64,000 nucleotides of DNA from Balanoglossus misakiensis. Taxonomy: Eukaryota > Animalia > Hemichordata. Below the pieces are notes generated by a model. It had not been told where the DNA came from, made no database searches, and saw nothing but the letters and a program-made list of their open reading frames with translations. Position numbers and translations under genes: made by a program. Where the stretch lies: positions 3,581,943 to 3,645,942 of the forward strand of contig CM082595.2 in NCBI GenBank assembly GCA_040954595.2, given 5' to 3'. This document shows, in pieces, positions 10,189 to 23,400 of the stretch (positions are counted from its first letter, which is position 1; each line of letters starts with the position of its first letter).

Positions 10189-11910
10189 ATGTCTTCAAAC
10201 GAGGGGCAAGACATTGACGTCACAAAAGGTAAAATTCCGGCAGAACGAGACAGTTATGTAATTGCTGTCTGCTTCCCCAGGTCATGTCCATTGCATGTCA
10301 ACATTCATTCGCCGGCGAATTTCGAAACATTGTTTCGAGTGTCAGTGATGACGTAACTCTCAACTATGCTTATGCTCGTATTACTATTATTGTTTTGTAG
10401 TTGCTGCAGATATACTCTGTGAATTCCTGGAGGTTGCATTTCACTTGATCTTGTACATCAGAGAAATATATCCTGCTGGCATATTTGAAAGGCGAAAGAA
10501 ATACAATGTCCCAGTACAGGTTTGTGATTATGAATTTTCATTAAAAAAAAAAGTCAGATCACTTTTTGAGTATGTTATCTGTGAAATGTTTTCAAACTGT
10601 TGCCTGTAAACCAGGTTATCTGTATAATATTTATTCATTCATTCATTCATTCATTCATTCATTCATTCATTCATTCATTCATTCATTCATTCATTCATTC
10701 ATTCATTCATTCATTCATTCATTCATTCATTCATTCATTCATTCATTCATTCACAGTATGTTGTCTTTTGATTTCTACAGATGTCCTGTCACCCTGAAGT
10801 CAATGACTACATACTTAACGTCCTTCAAAGTATAAAGCCACTTATTGAAAAGGTAAGTTTGAATAATCCAAAATGTATGTATGGTATGTAAGGTGTAGAC
10901 ATTGCATTTGATAGACCAAAAGAAGACTAGTAAATAACACTGATGTCTCTCTCTACATATTGCAGGATGAAATTCAGCAGATAGCACTTGCAATAGTTGA
11001 CAAAGAGCGCAAACCTGTTGAAAGATTTGTGTTTGAGATTGCTCCAGTTAGTGAACCCACACTCAAGTAAGCAAATCAGTCTACATGTATATGACACTGT
11101 ATGTATATCCTGAAAAGTCCTCAGAAGTCCAATGATTATGAATGATTGTGTGTATATCAATCATATATTTACTGTGTTTTTGTTTTACAATAATAGAAAT
11201 GACAGTTATCTGCTAAGACTCGAACAGTCACTGAGAGCTTTTCTGCTGAAACTAAATGTGTGTGACTCCATGTTGGACAAGAATCCAGAAGGTAAGAAGC
11301 AAGCAGTAAAGTAATGAGAGAAATTACCGTTTGCCATGGACAAAAATTCAAAGCGTTTTCCCCCATTACTACTATAATTATTTTCATTTCAACAAAGATT
11401 TCTTGGTATTAATTCAAAGTGACTTCAGAGTGTCTCCTTGTTTCAGGATGTTCGTTTAGTGTACTGGTTTATACAAAAGCAAGTGGGGTAGTCAGTCTAG
11501 AAGACAGGCAGTTCATTCAGGTATGAAACTTTGATCTACAGTTTGTACACTCTTGGAAAAATCTTGAAAATTCATGGAAAATTGATTTGACCCTTTATAC
11601 ACTCATGATCATGAAAAACCATCTGTGCCAACACTCCTTGTTTGTGACACTGTATCCCACAATCTCAGGATTTTCCGTGGATGGAAGCAGATCAGAGTAG
11701 CTACACAATGCAAGATCCCAAGATGGTTCCATTGAAGACTATGACATCTGACCTAATCAAGGTACATATACACTGTAGATGATCCTTGTTTAAAAAAAAT
11801 AATTTATGGGATGATATGCAAGTATTTCATAGGGCTCACCAATTTGCACTATTACTTTCTTCTTTCAGATGCAGCTTTATGTTGAAGAAAATGCCGGCAA
11901 AGTTTCTTGA
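10189..11910 (+). CDS. MAD2L2: Mitotic spindle assembly checkpoint protein MAD2B / REV7 (HORMA domain), 211 aa
   Basis: Exons 10189-10228, 10401-10519, 10781-10852, 10966-11066, 11197-11291, 11447-11520, 11669-11761, 11869-11910. Translation [46 protein letters not shown]...PVERFVFEI...DFPW...[18 protein letters not shown]. Confidence 0.97.
10633..10753. repeat. (ATTC)n tetranucleotide microsatellite, about 30 perfect units, in MAD2L2 intron 2
   Basis: Directly visible uninterrupted ATTC array. Confidence 0.99.
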
Positions 11911-14490
11911 ATCGGTCAGTTGACAGAAAGCCATCAAGAACTCAGATTAATATACCAGGTGGTTCCAAAAATACCAAGTCTTTCTCTCTGTTGGACTGGA
12001 TTTTGAAGGATAGTGGTTTCTCTAGTCGGCCATTTTGCCATCATATTGTCACGCCACAAAACACCTTTGTTCAGTGACCTTATGACAAACAGTTGTCTGC
12101 CAACAATTCCAAATATTTCAAGGTGCTGCCTACAGATTTGTGTGGCATTAACATGCAAGGCTGTGTGAGCATGTTTTATGATCATGATCCTATGCTGACA
12201 ATAAACCACAGTACACAAATAGAGTCTCTGTACACATACATACTTTACTTTGCAAAAAAAAAGAAAAGATTTACAATATACAACAAAATCAGAAAGAGGA
12301 TTAAATGAAATGGAGAGCCACAAAATCGGAACTCAAAAAGTTATGACCATTGTACAATATTCATTCTCACTTTCTGCTGTATAGTCAAATCACTTTTTTT
12401 CAATGGGTGCATTTGGAGTACAAGATACAAGAATTTAAACTGAAAGACCGACAATGGCCTTGTACCATCAGAAAACTTGTAAAGGAGTGGGGGTTTCTCT
12501 GCTGAGAGGCAGTCAGATTGTCAGAGAAGTCCATTCATCACAAATAACATATTCCACGAGTTGAAAGACTTCATGAGCTTGGATAATTAAGCAAGACACT
12601 CTCGACTTTCACGCAAATCCGTGTAAAGTTTCGGGGAGGTACAAAGCCTGAATATGGTATAAAAATACTGGTTACAGCCGTATCCAGAGTAAACCTGGAT
12701 ATCACAAAATGTATATTCCAAAACAATCAACTCTTTCGTTATTCTTGTACACAAGTCAATAAACTTTTACCACCATTCCCTCTAAGTTCTACCCATGACA
12801 AGCGACCTGTATGGTGCCCTCATTGGTCAAATCTAAAAACCCTCACCCGCCCACATCACATGAAATCATGCTTGCAAATCTGTCACAACTTCATCTCTTG
12901 CTTGACTTTATAATCAAAGAACGAAGAAAACCCACAGAGATATTGTCACCCTGTGGCATACACAGTTATAACACTGATGTCCTCAAGCAGTGATATTGTG
13001 CAGAAACAGTCAAAAAGTCGCAAACTGTCTCCAAGATCCCACAGACATCTTGCATATTGACAGCCACACTATTAGTTGTCATGAGACATTCAGAAATCGT
13101 GAAAGTAATATTTTTAATTGGGTCGGTAACCAGTCAGAAGGATATATCTGAACTTTGAGTTGAATGCTACAATGTCAAATTCTACGACACTGGCACAAAA
13201 AATTATGGTGTTAAAAAAAACACCAAATGGGGGCTCTGTGGCTGTTTTGTATCAAATAAATATATCAGAAGGAAACGAACAGATTTTCAACACATTTGCT
13301 ACATTCCAATTTCAGGAACAAGTCTTATAACCCTCTCCCTACACCGTTCATCTTTTTATACAATTTGCTGAAAAAAGCTTAACATCACAATCACTAGCAT
13401 AAACATTGTACGATACAATTTTAATTTGTTCTCACATTTAAAGCACTTATAAAAAAGTCATGGAAGAGTTTGAAATCTGGTCTTTCGAGTGAATACACAA
13501 CTGATTTCATTTTTTTTTCCAATCTGAGAAAGTTACTTTAGGTCTTTAACATGATCTCATAGAAAAGCCCTTAGTACAGCTGCTATTTTCTCAGCATAAA
13601 AAATGTTTAATTAGCCAATCAGAGTGCAGTCACATGACCCTATTTAAATAAGTTGATTAACATAAATTTGCATTTGACATTTTATCAGACCAATGGCTAA
13701 GTGGAGGTCCCAACCTTATATGGCCATTTGTGATGTTTGAAAAAATAACTATTGCAGTAAATATAATCAAAATTGACATCAGTGCTAAAATATTATAACA
13801 AGGCAAATCACTGTACAACAACATGCACACTCACACGTATTAATGTTTCTGTACAAGGCATCCGAGAGGTGACATCAGACGATACACATTTGGTTTAACG
13901 CCAATCTGATCTATGTTGTCTTGGTTAATGAGGTTCAACTCTGTTTTTTCGTCTCTTTCCGCGATCTCCGACTTGATGTGACCTGTCTCAATGACGAATG
14001 ATTGGTGCAAACTCCAGGCCGATCAGAAAAACCCCACCACCACGATCTGCACGTCAGAAACTGCTGTGATCCTCTCGCAGCACACTGTAAACCGCCACAG
14101 TCCTTCTCTATCAGAAAATGCCCTCAATCAAGAGAAATAGTCCTTACTTCGTATCCCCGGCAACTGAGACAATACATCTCACCTGGCCTTGCCTACACCT
14201 CAAAATATCTAACACTTTCAAGTGCAGCTGCTCAACTAGTCTGGCCTCGAAATGCCGCCCGTATGCAAATATCCAGCACGTACTCCACGTACGTATGCTG
14301 CGATAAATAACACCAGAATATCCTACCACTTCACTGCTGCAGAGATGTTGAGAATAATCCAACGACTAAACAGATTTTTTCTTCAAAATTTGAAAAAAAA
14401 AACGGTGGAAGTTTTGCCCAAAGCATTCAAATGATGCTCACAGACGCATTATTTACAAGAAGTTCTCCTTGTACGTTACAAAGACCGTCG

Positions 14491-17400
14491 CTAGTGAAAC
14501 ACGTTGATCTTCTTTGTGATTGGTTTTCTGCACATGGGACAGTTTTTCAGCGGCTTGGCACATTTCTTGCACGTGCTGTGACCGCACAGGAACACAACGT
14601 TGCGTTTCGTCTCCATGCATATCGTACACAGCTGTGCCTCTTCCATCTCCCGCATCTTTTCCTGCATTTGTCTCCATTCCAGCGTGCCTGGGCCCCCTCC
14701 CATCTGAGTGCCATCTGGAATACATACGACAAAACAACAGGAATTAAATTTCCATTACAGTCAAACCTATGTTAGTGGCCACCTCTATATAGTGACCACC
14801 TCTATACAGTGGCAACTTCTACATAGTGGCCACCTCTATACAGTGGCCACTTGGTTACAGTGCCTGTACAATTTACATGTGCATTAATTGACCTGTCTAT
14901 AAAGGCCACCTGTCTATAAAGGCCAGTTTAGGAAAGTCCCTTGACTGGCCACTATAGACAGGTTCGACTGTATTTTCACACAACTGCTGTCAGTCACACC
15001 AAGCCAGCTAAAAGGTTACTAAGAGCAGATCCGCAACCCAGTGCCGTAGCAGCAAGAACCCAAAACAGATGTGGCAGTGCATTTATTTGCAATTAAATTG
15101 TTTCAGTTGGCACCTGTACTGTGTCTATGGGTCTGCAGACTGGCGCTCGGTCTTTGCTGAATGTCCTGACTCTGTGAAGAGGGCATGCTGCCCCTTCTTA
15201 GTTGTGTACCGTCTATGTTCAGAAAACAAAAAACACAAAAATACAGCACATTGTACGATGGTGGGGTTACACACAAAAACAGCATACAAAACAGACATCC
15301 TGATTTAAAATACATATAAGATGTTTGTCAGCTTTATCTGCAAGGAAATGGATTAAGTTGATGAATATTTCAATGGAAATTAAATTATTTACACCACATA
15401 TATTCAATGTTGGCAAAAGCTACCATGAGAACCCACACATAAAACCTTACTTTGCAAATAGGCAAAGCCGTGCTTTTGCAGAAAGCAGGCATGAAATTAT
15501 GTAAACGCTTAGCATCAAGGCAATGCTTTGGAAAATCAAACAAACAAAATTTCCTATGGAATCCTCTGTCTGGGATACACAGAAGTCTTGCACATTTCCT
15601 TACCTTTTCCAAGTTTTTGTACAATGGTAGCTTGGCAAGATATACACTTCTTCATTCTGGCTGCACACTCTGAAGACAGGTTAGAAAAATATAAATTATA
15701 ATTTGAAATTTGAAGTGGAAACAAATTAAATGTGATCTGAACTTGGAAGAGAAGAACATTTTCGGTATTATTTGAAATTTGAATCTCACCTTTACATGCT
15801 ACTTTGTGGCCGCATGGTTGAAATATAATCTCGGCTATCGATTCTGTACACACTAAACAATCTAACTCTGCTATTTCAATTTTCTTTCTGCCTTGGACGT
15901 CCATCTGGAAATAAAACAGACAAAACATTGTTGAGGCGTTCATATGCAAATTCAAGATCTAGAAACGTACCAATCAACAGCTAGGACAAAATAAGAAAAC
16001 TATTTTCCAAATAAGGCACCTTACCTTACAAACATAACACTTCTTGAAGAGCCCGGCGCATTGCATACAAGCGATCATGTGACCGCAGGGGTGGAACTGA
16101 CAATTGGCTGGCTTGCTACACATCCTGCAGTCGTTGACTATGGCCGCAAGGTTGCCGGTTGTGGTGCCCTGCGACGACTTGGATTTGCCTGGTACGCCAT
16201 CCACTTGCGGTCGCTGTAAATGTTGCTTTTGTTGTTGCTGTTGTTTTTGCAGTTCTTTTTGTCTGAAAGTTCAAAATTTTGTGAACAATGGTAATTACTA
16301 TCACAGTGTACACAGTAAAAGAGCACATTACAAAGTGCTGCTGAGGGGTCCACTCACAAACATCATGGTGCTAGGGGGTCAGGTCTAATAATAATGCAAT
16401 GCATCCTGAGAAACTGCCTCATTTCAATGCGTACCTTACTTGACAACAGTCTATACTGAGTATCAGTTTCTGTCAAAATTATGACTGTAAACACACACAC
16501 ACTAACCTCCTAGCATCTGCATACTGTTTGACGACAGCTTCAACTCGGGGATCCGTGATGATATCCAGTGGGGTCTTCTGCTGGTGATTTCTGTAGTCTA
16601 GATTGGCGCCTTCCTTCACCAGGTAGCAAGCGATAGCCGTCCCGGTGTTGGCATCTGTGTCGTCCATACCGAGGGTGGAGCGAATCTGTCAATTCAAAGG
16701 TCAAATGGTTGAGTTGGAACTGAAGCCGAAACATTTTCAACAAGTCAGTGAAAAGTGAAGACATTCTCCCTCCCTACACAGAAGCAAACTCTCTGACAGT
16801 GTGCGTCTGTGTATTCCTCCCACTGTAGCCTACAGATCTCCCCTCCCCACCCTCTCTCACATCATTCTGCGGATCTCTCAATAGTCACATGACCTGCTCA
16901 CCTCGGCCACCATTGGAGAATTATCGACCACTGTCGATACAGTCTGCCTCATCAAGGCCAGATGGAGGCAGGTGTCTCCATCCTCATCCTCCACATTCAC
17001 ATTAGCACCTTTGCTAACAAGCAGTTCGATCAGCGACGTGTGGCCCTGGCTCACGGCCAGCAACAGCGGAGTCTGGTAGCGATTGTTTCGGCAATCAATT
17101 TCAACTTGACCCTGCGGGTGAAAGACACAAAGTCATGATATCTCTGTTGCATACAGAGTTCCATCTGAGAGCATACGTGCACATGTCTACCCTTAGCCCA
17201 TCACATGTCTATCTGATAACAAAATAAACATCTTTTCTGATTAATTGATACCTTCGCTATGAGAGTCTCGGCTACATCTCTGTGGCCGTTCAATGCAGCC
17301 AGATGCAAAGCTGTGAATCCATCGTCCTTCTTCACATCACCAAGCTGCCTGGCTTTGATCAGTAGTTTCTCTGTGGCGCTGTTGATGGAAAAAAGCAAAT

Positions 17401-20400
17401 TGTAATTAAGAAATTCAATGACTTTTTCTGGTGGTAATGATGAGAAATTAAAGGATCTTGAAAGCACATGAAACCAGAAGCTAGCAACCCTAAAACAAGA
17501 CACACACACACATGACAGAGACATGGATATTTTCACTCGTTACTTACAAGTTATTTCCTTTGAGCGCTGCATGGTGCAGAACATTGAAGCCTCTCTTGTT
17601 GCGAAGCGTGAACTCGGCACCACGACTGTCTATCAACATATCAATGATTTCTTTGTTACCTTTAGCTATGGCGTCGTGTAGGGCCGTATCACCATAGGAA
17701 TCCTATGAAAAGAAGATGCGTATAGAATCTTACATTAACACAAAGAGCTATGGCCACATGGTTATCACGAATCACCAGGTGAACTTTGAGAAAGCTTTAC
17801 ATTAAAGATACATGCCTACATGTACTTACCTGTAAGTTAACATTACAGTTGTACCTTAGCAAGACTCTGACACATTGAACATGGCTTTTATTGACAGCTA
17901 CATGTAGACAGCTACAGCCGGCATTATTCACGGCATTCACTTTGGCTCCCTTAGCAAGCAGGAGTTGAGCTACCTCTGGTGTATTCCTGTGATAAGGTGA
18001 TAAGGCAAAATGTCAGAGACTGGGGTCAAAGGTTATAATGGTGGACAAGCGCCATGTTGGTGTCAAAGGTCGCAGAGTCATGAAAGCTAAACTGAAGCAG
18101 TATGCAGGCAACAGTATACATCTATTGACTGTTGCATAGTAAACAGTGAAAAGTTGTATGCACTTCAATTAAACAGACTATTCCATTACTTGTAGGGGGT
18201 TCTAGACTGGTGGGACACACTTACCCAAATACAGAGTAATGTAAAGCTGTGTCGCCATCTTGATCTTGAACTTCCAGACTGGCCTTTGCAGCTAGCAGCA
18301 GTTTGACGGCCTCTATATGCCCCTGGTGACTAGCAACTTGTAATGCTGTCTTCCCTGAACTCTTAATATCAACCTAAACTCAGACACGAATCAAAATAAA
18401 ATACACAAGTGAGTGAGATAGCAATCGCTAAACTGTGTTCACAATGAATTTGGAGAAATTTTACACAACATACCTTGGATGGATGCCTGGCTATAAGTTC
18501 TCTGACTTTGGTGAGATTACCCTGTGCTGCTTCGCCTACTATCCGATCAGGACTGTCTGAGTTGCTCTGTGAAGTGATTAGTTGATCCAGTAAAGCTGCC
18601 AAAGATCCTGCAATGACAAAATCAAATTACATGAAATTACTGTTCTCTCTGTCTCTCTCCCTCTCTCTCTCCCTCTCTTAGTCTCACACAAAATTTGAAG
18701 CATGTTCTGTAAATGCCAAGAGGTGGCAAACGTTTCAAACAGATCCCAAAATAGACTTTTTTGCTAAAATAAAACATAAATAACCGAACAGAAGATTACT
18801 GCAGATCTACGGCTGAACAGTGTGGGGTTAACACTGACAACTTATAGACTCATCATAACCCCAGTGACCTCATTATAAATCAACATGGCACAAGTTGTGT
18901 AGGGAGCACAAAGAGCGGCCTTGGGTGTTCGTATTATGTCCAGTAGAACACAAAGGGGAGTTAGGGCACTATCATGGCTGCAGACAGGAAGTGGTTGATC
19001 CAGGAATTTAATGAATTTAAACATCTATAGAGCTCTTGCAGGTTTTACAATGCTGTTATCAGTGACAAAAAGTCTGGGGTCCAAGCAAGAATTTCAAAAT
19101 TCAAAACAGGTCTCCGAAGACAGGTCAACACCTTGCAAGAGATCTTAATTTCTCAAACATTTGCTGCAAATCAGCCCATTTTTTGAATTGATGTGAACAT
19201 TTTTGTATCTAAAAGACCCATCAAACTGCTGGTATACATTTTATTTTGCGTAATTTCCCAAAAATTTCAAAATTGAAAGCGACCGATATCTGACTTACTG
19301 GTCTGATCTTCCTCTCTGTCGACCGACATCGTATTATTGGCATCTTGTTTACCGTTGTGCGCATGTAGCAAACTCACACACATTGGATTGTACGTCCACG
19401 TCTGGCTGTTCACGGAGACTCGCAGATCGCCGTCCGTGTAAACCTTCAAAACTTTGCCAGATTTACCCAGTGTCTGAAAGAACGACGAAAAATAAATAAT
19501 AAAAAATTCTGGATCTGCAGAATATTAACGGTACACGGTCACTATTCTTATTCTCAAAAAATGTGGAAATCTTACCGATTTCATGCTGTCTGTCCATTCA
19601 CCGTGCCCCGCTTGCAGTTTCCGAACGGTCTCCATGTCTTCAGCGATCTTGACAATATCCCCAACAGCAAACATGTCCACCTGACAAATTTTTTATAAAA
19701 AAGTGAATGAAGAGAACATATTATAGTTTTTAAGATAGACTAGTAGTCAATAAGCCATTGATTTGATAACCACATTTTCTCATATTGACAGACAAGGGGT
19801 TGCAAAACTGTATGTATCATGCCTGTAACAACAGCAAAACTACAAGCAAAAAGTTGGTTATTCTACATCACTGAGCCGTCTACGTATGTTTTCACTTCAA
19901 CCCCCCACACCCAGGTGTTCGCCAGATGGTATTCGTGACATTACCTTTGCCAGAGCTCCTGGATGGAAGGTCCACCTGGTACCACTTCCGGGATATTGCA
20001 CACGGATGTCGCCACGCTCCGTCACTCGGTGCACAAAACCAACTTTCCCGACAAACTAAAACAAAAAATACAAAAAGGTGCCATCAGGTACAAGTAACAT
20101 TATGTAACGATTTCATATCAGACACAAAAAAGTGCAGTTATGAATGTTTCAGTACATGATATGAATTCCTTAAATTGACGTCTGCACCAGAAATTCAATC
20201 GATCATTCACAATCAAATATCACATTCAACATTATATTCAGTGGGATCACTTTCATATGGTTGAGTCATCCAATGCTCACTTATGAATTTTTCATAATGA
20301 TAAAAATTGGCATAGCAATAATTGATTTTCACTGAAACAGAGAAGATAACATCACATAGTATTCTCCCCACTGTGCAGTCATTACATGTCAATTTATAAC

Positions 20401-23400
20401 ACGCGCGAGCACCTATTGAACATTTCCACTTTGCATAATTTTTAGAGAGGACTATAAAAGACAATTACAGGACAGAAAGGGAGTCAGACAGGTTAATTAC
20501 TTTCTAAATTGTAAATTGTCACAGATAGGTCATTAAGATTCTGTGAACAGCATCGTTCCAATTACTGGAAAGAAATTTGGTTGATTACTCAGTAACGGTG
20601 CATTTTTGGCACGACGTTTCCACGGTGATCTTTCAAGATTAGTTTCAGAGATCTGCAGCGCTGTTTTTCACGGTGGGTAAATTACCTCAGACATTTTGGG
20701 ATTCCAGCCTCCGTGACCTTCCTGCATGGCCTTGAGGAGTTCAATGTCCAACACCACCTTGACTTTATCGCCGACATTGAACGTGTTTTTGTTGGTTTCG
20801 CCGGTCACAGCCGCTGGATTCATCTCCAGCCTTTCACCTGCAAAGACACCGAGACAGAAGAAAGTTCTTGAGAAAAAAAGTCGAACTCATGAATCATCGT
20901 CTCAGCTCCAAAGCATATTAACTTACATGACATATTGGTCTATACTTTTCAACACCAAAACCCCATGCATAATAAGTACGGCAGCTATCAAAAGATTATT
21001 GTCGTTTGATAATAATCGGTTTAGTTGGACATAAGATCCATCATCACAGAGCTCAATTCATGAATAAAATTACAATATCAATCAAGACACAGATGCCAGA
21101 GAAAATATAGGTCACTGACATTCGAAGTGATTGATCGGGCAGCAGTGTTATCCTGACAGTATTCACAGCAGAATGCAGGGGAGTAGACCCTGCCATGTTT
21201 TAGAATGATCCAGCTGTTCATGGGAGGGTTGGACCACGTATAGAGAAATGGGTGGGGGAGGGTAGGGTGGTATGGGGTGAACTGACAAGGTGACAAACAT
21301 CAGCGAAGAAACAGACTTACCAAGTTTCGGTAAATGATCTTTGTAGTAAGGCGCCCCTGGAGCATCCTGGGTATACTTGATGTCAACTTTTCCCTTGTGG
21401 CCAACTCTGTAGACATTCGTGGAGCCATTGGACCACGTCACGCTGGCCACACTGCGACCGGATTCCACATCCCATCCTCGGATGTCTGTCACTCGGCCAG
21501 TTTTCCCTTCACCTCCTGAAAATGACAAAAGGGAAAATGATCAAACAAGGATGACCAAAAACAGTTTGACATAATCATGTTTATATTGATGTCAGATATT
21601 TCACTTTAATACATAACAGAATAGCATGGGTTCATTTTCGCAAATTTGGCATGAAATTTTAAAATCATTTCTACTTACCATCTTGCGTTCCCCAATCCCA
21701 GTCAGGCCCTCTTACTGCCTTGGCCCCAGGAAACAGACCCCTTGATTGGATTTTAACAGAACCATTTCGTTTTGGCATCTTTACCCTGTAAATTCAATCA
21801 ATAAACGACAATCAGCCAATGAGCTAACAGGGCTGTTTTGTAAGTACTATGGTAACAGCCAAGCACCATAGCGCCAGCCAATCAGCTGCAAGAATATGAC
21901 TGATGACCATATAAGGGTCATGGAATACAGCAATATACAACAGGATTACAGAGGAACACTCACCCTACTGAGTTCTGTGTGACGTATCTCAGGAAGGTAT
22001 GGTTTGTGTCGTGTTTGTCGATCATGTAACACTCGGTACAAAGGTCGTAGTCGTAACACTCAGTGCATTTCCACCTCATACCCTGAATACCGTGCGTCTT
22101 GCATGTGTCACAGATGATGTTGGGATGTTTGACACCTAGAAATACACAAAAATACATCATGTGGTCAATACATGTATTATGACAGTTGTACATAATCCTT
22201 GACTTCGTTTTTTCAGTGCATGACTTCCACTATGTTTGTCAGCCACATATTTTGCATTGAAAATCACTTTATTTATGTTTTCATGCTCGTTAGTGGGGAA
22301 AGATCACAGCCTAGATCATGTCAGTGAGCAAACAACATGAATAACATCTCGTAAAAAATAAAAATAACACGACTGAAAAGTTGGCAACTTTGTACACTTT
22401 ACACTTCGCTGTACAAGAGGGTCGTGCAAATTATTACTTGTGTTTTAACCTCTGTATAACACGCATCATAAACAGAACAATACATTATTCTTGGCCCTAG
22501 ACTGTCTGTGTCCTGGGGCTGGCTGGCTGGCTACGCAAATGTGTTTTTCTTAGGTTCTATTACGGCCATTAACGGCTAATGTTGCAGGGTAGAAAAATAT
22601 GCTGTCATAAAGTTGGCAATTTGTCGGATAATTACAGGGCAAATGAGGTGAAAACAACCATAACATTTGACTGAAAAACACTGCTTTATGCAAAATCTGA
22701 TCATTATCATCAGCTGCTGAAAGCAGTAGACTAAAATCAAACAGATTTTTAGCATATCATGTTTTTTTCGTAGAAAAGCTACACCCAGCGAACTTAGATA
22801 ACCTTGTTAGATTACCGTGGCAATAGATTCTTATCCTCAATGAAGCTTTGTTTCTTGTTTCATAAAAACTCCCCATGAATGCTGTGACTGTCAGACTGTT
22901 ACAAAACATGCCCTACACGTAACCTTTTAACCTCGTTCTCTCAACCACCCATCGTTCGAATATTTGGCATCAGTTTCTTTGCCAGTGCGGTTAACAAAAA
23001 ATTCAAGTCAGTAATGTCAGTGTCCTACTGGACTTAATGGTTTAGATACCAGAGTATGGACACTGTGAAATTATCCCATATTTGAAATTCAAAATGGCCG
23101 CCACCTCTGTTATAACTCTATGGAAAAAATATGAAATCGTGATTTTTATAACAACAGGATGGTGAACACCATGCTTTCTTCGTTGTCTCCAAAATGACTC
23201 CTCACACACATAAATATATCAAGGAATTGAGCGGTTTGGAGAACTATAAATTTTCTGACAATCTGTCCCCAAGGCCTGTACTACCTTTAACAGCCTGGCC
23301 TGCGAGTTACGGAATGCAGCCAATGTACAGTCATGAAGCTAAAGGTCCCGAGGCTGATTAATGCCATGGTACACTGTGTATTGAGATGTCAAACCCCACT

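Noticed and set aside
10566-10835. ORFs with HSFI repeats
   Set aside because: Translation of the ATTC microsatellite.
14773-14852. Regular 17-bp repeats as a CRISPR-like array
   Set aside because: Tandem units without unique spacers, inside a MITE in eukaryotic DNA.
18842-19024. 60-aa minus-strand ORF as an extra MIB2 exon
   Set aside because: The flanking exons already join in phase, and there is no convincing donor or similarity.
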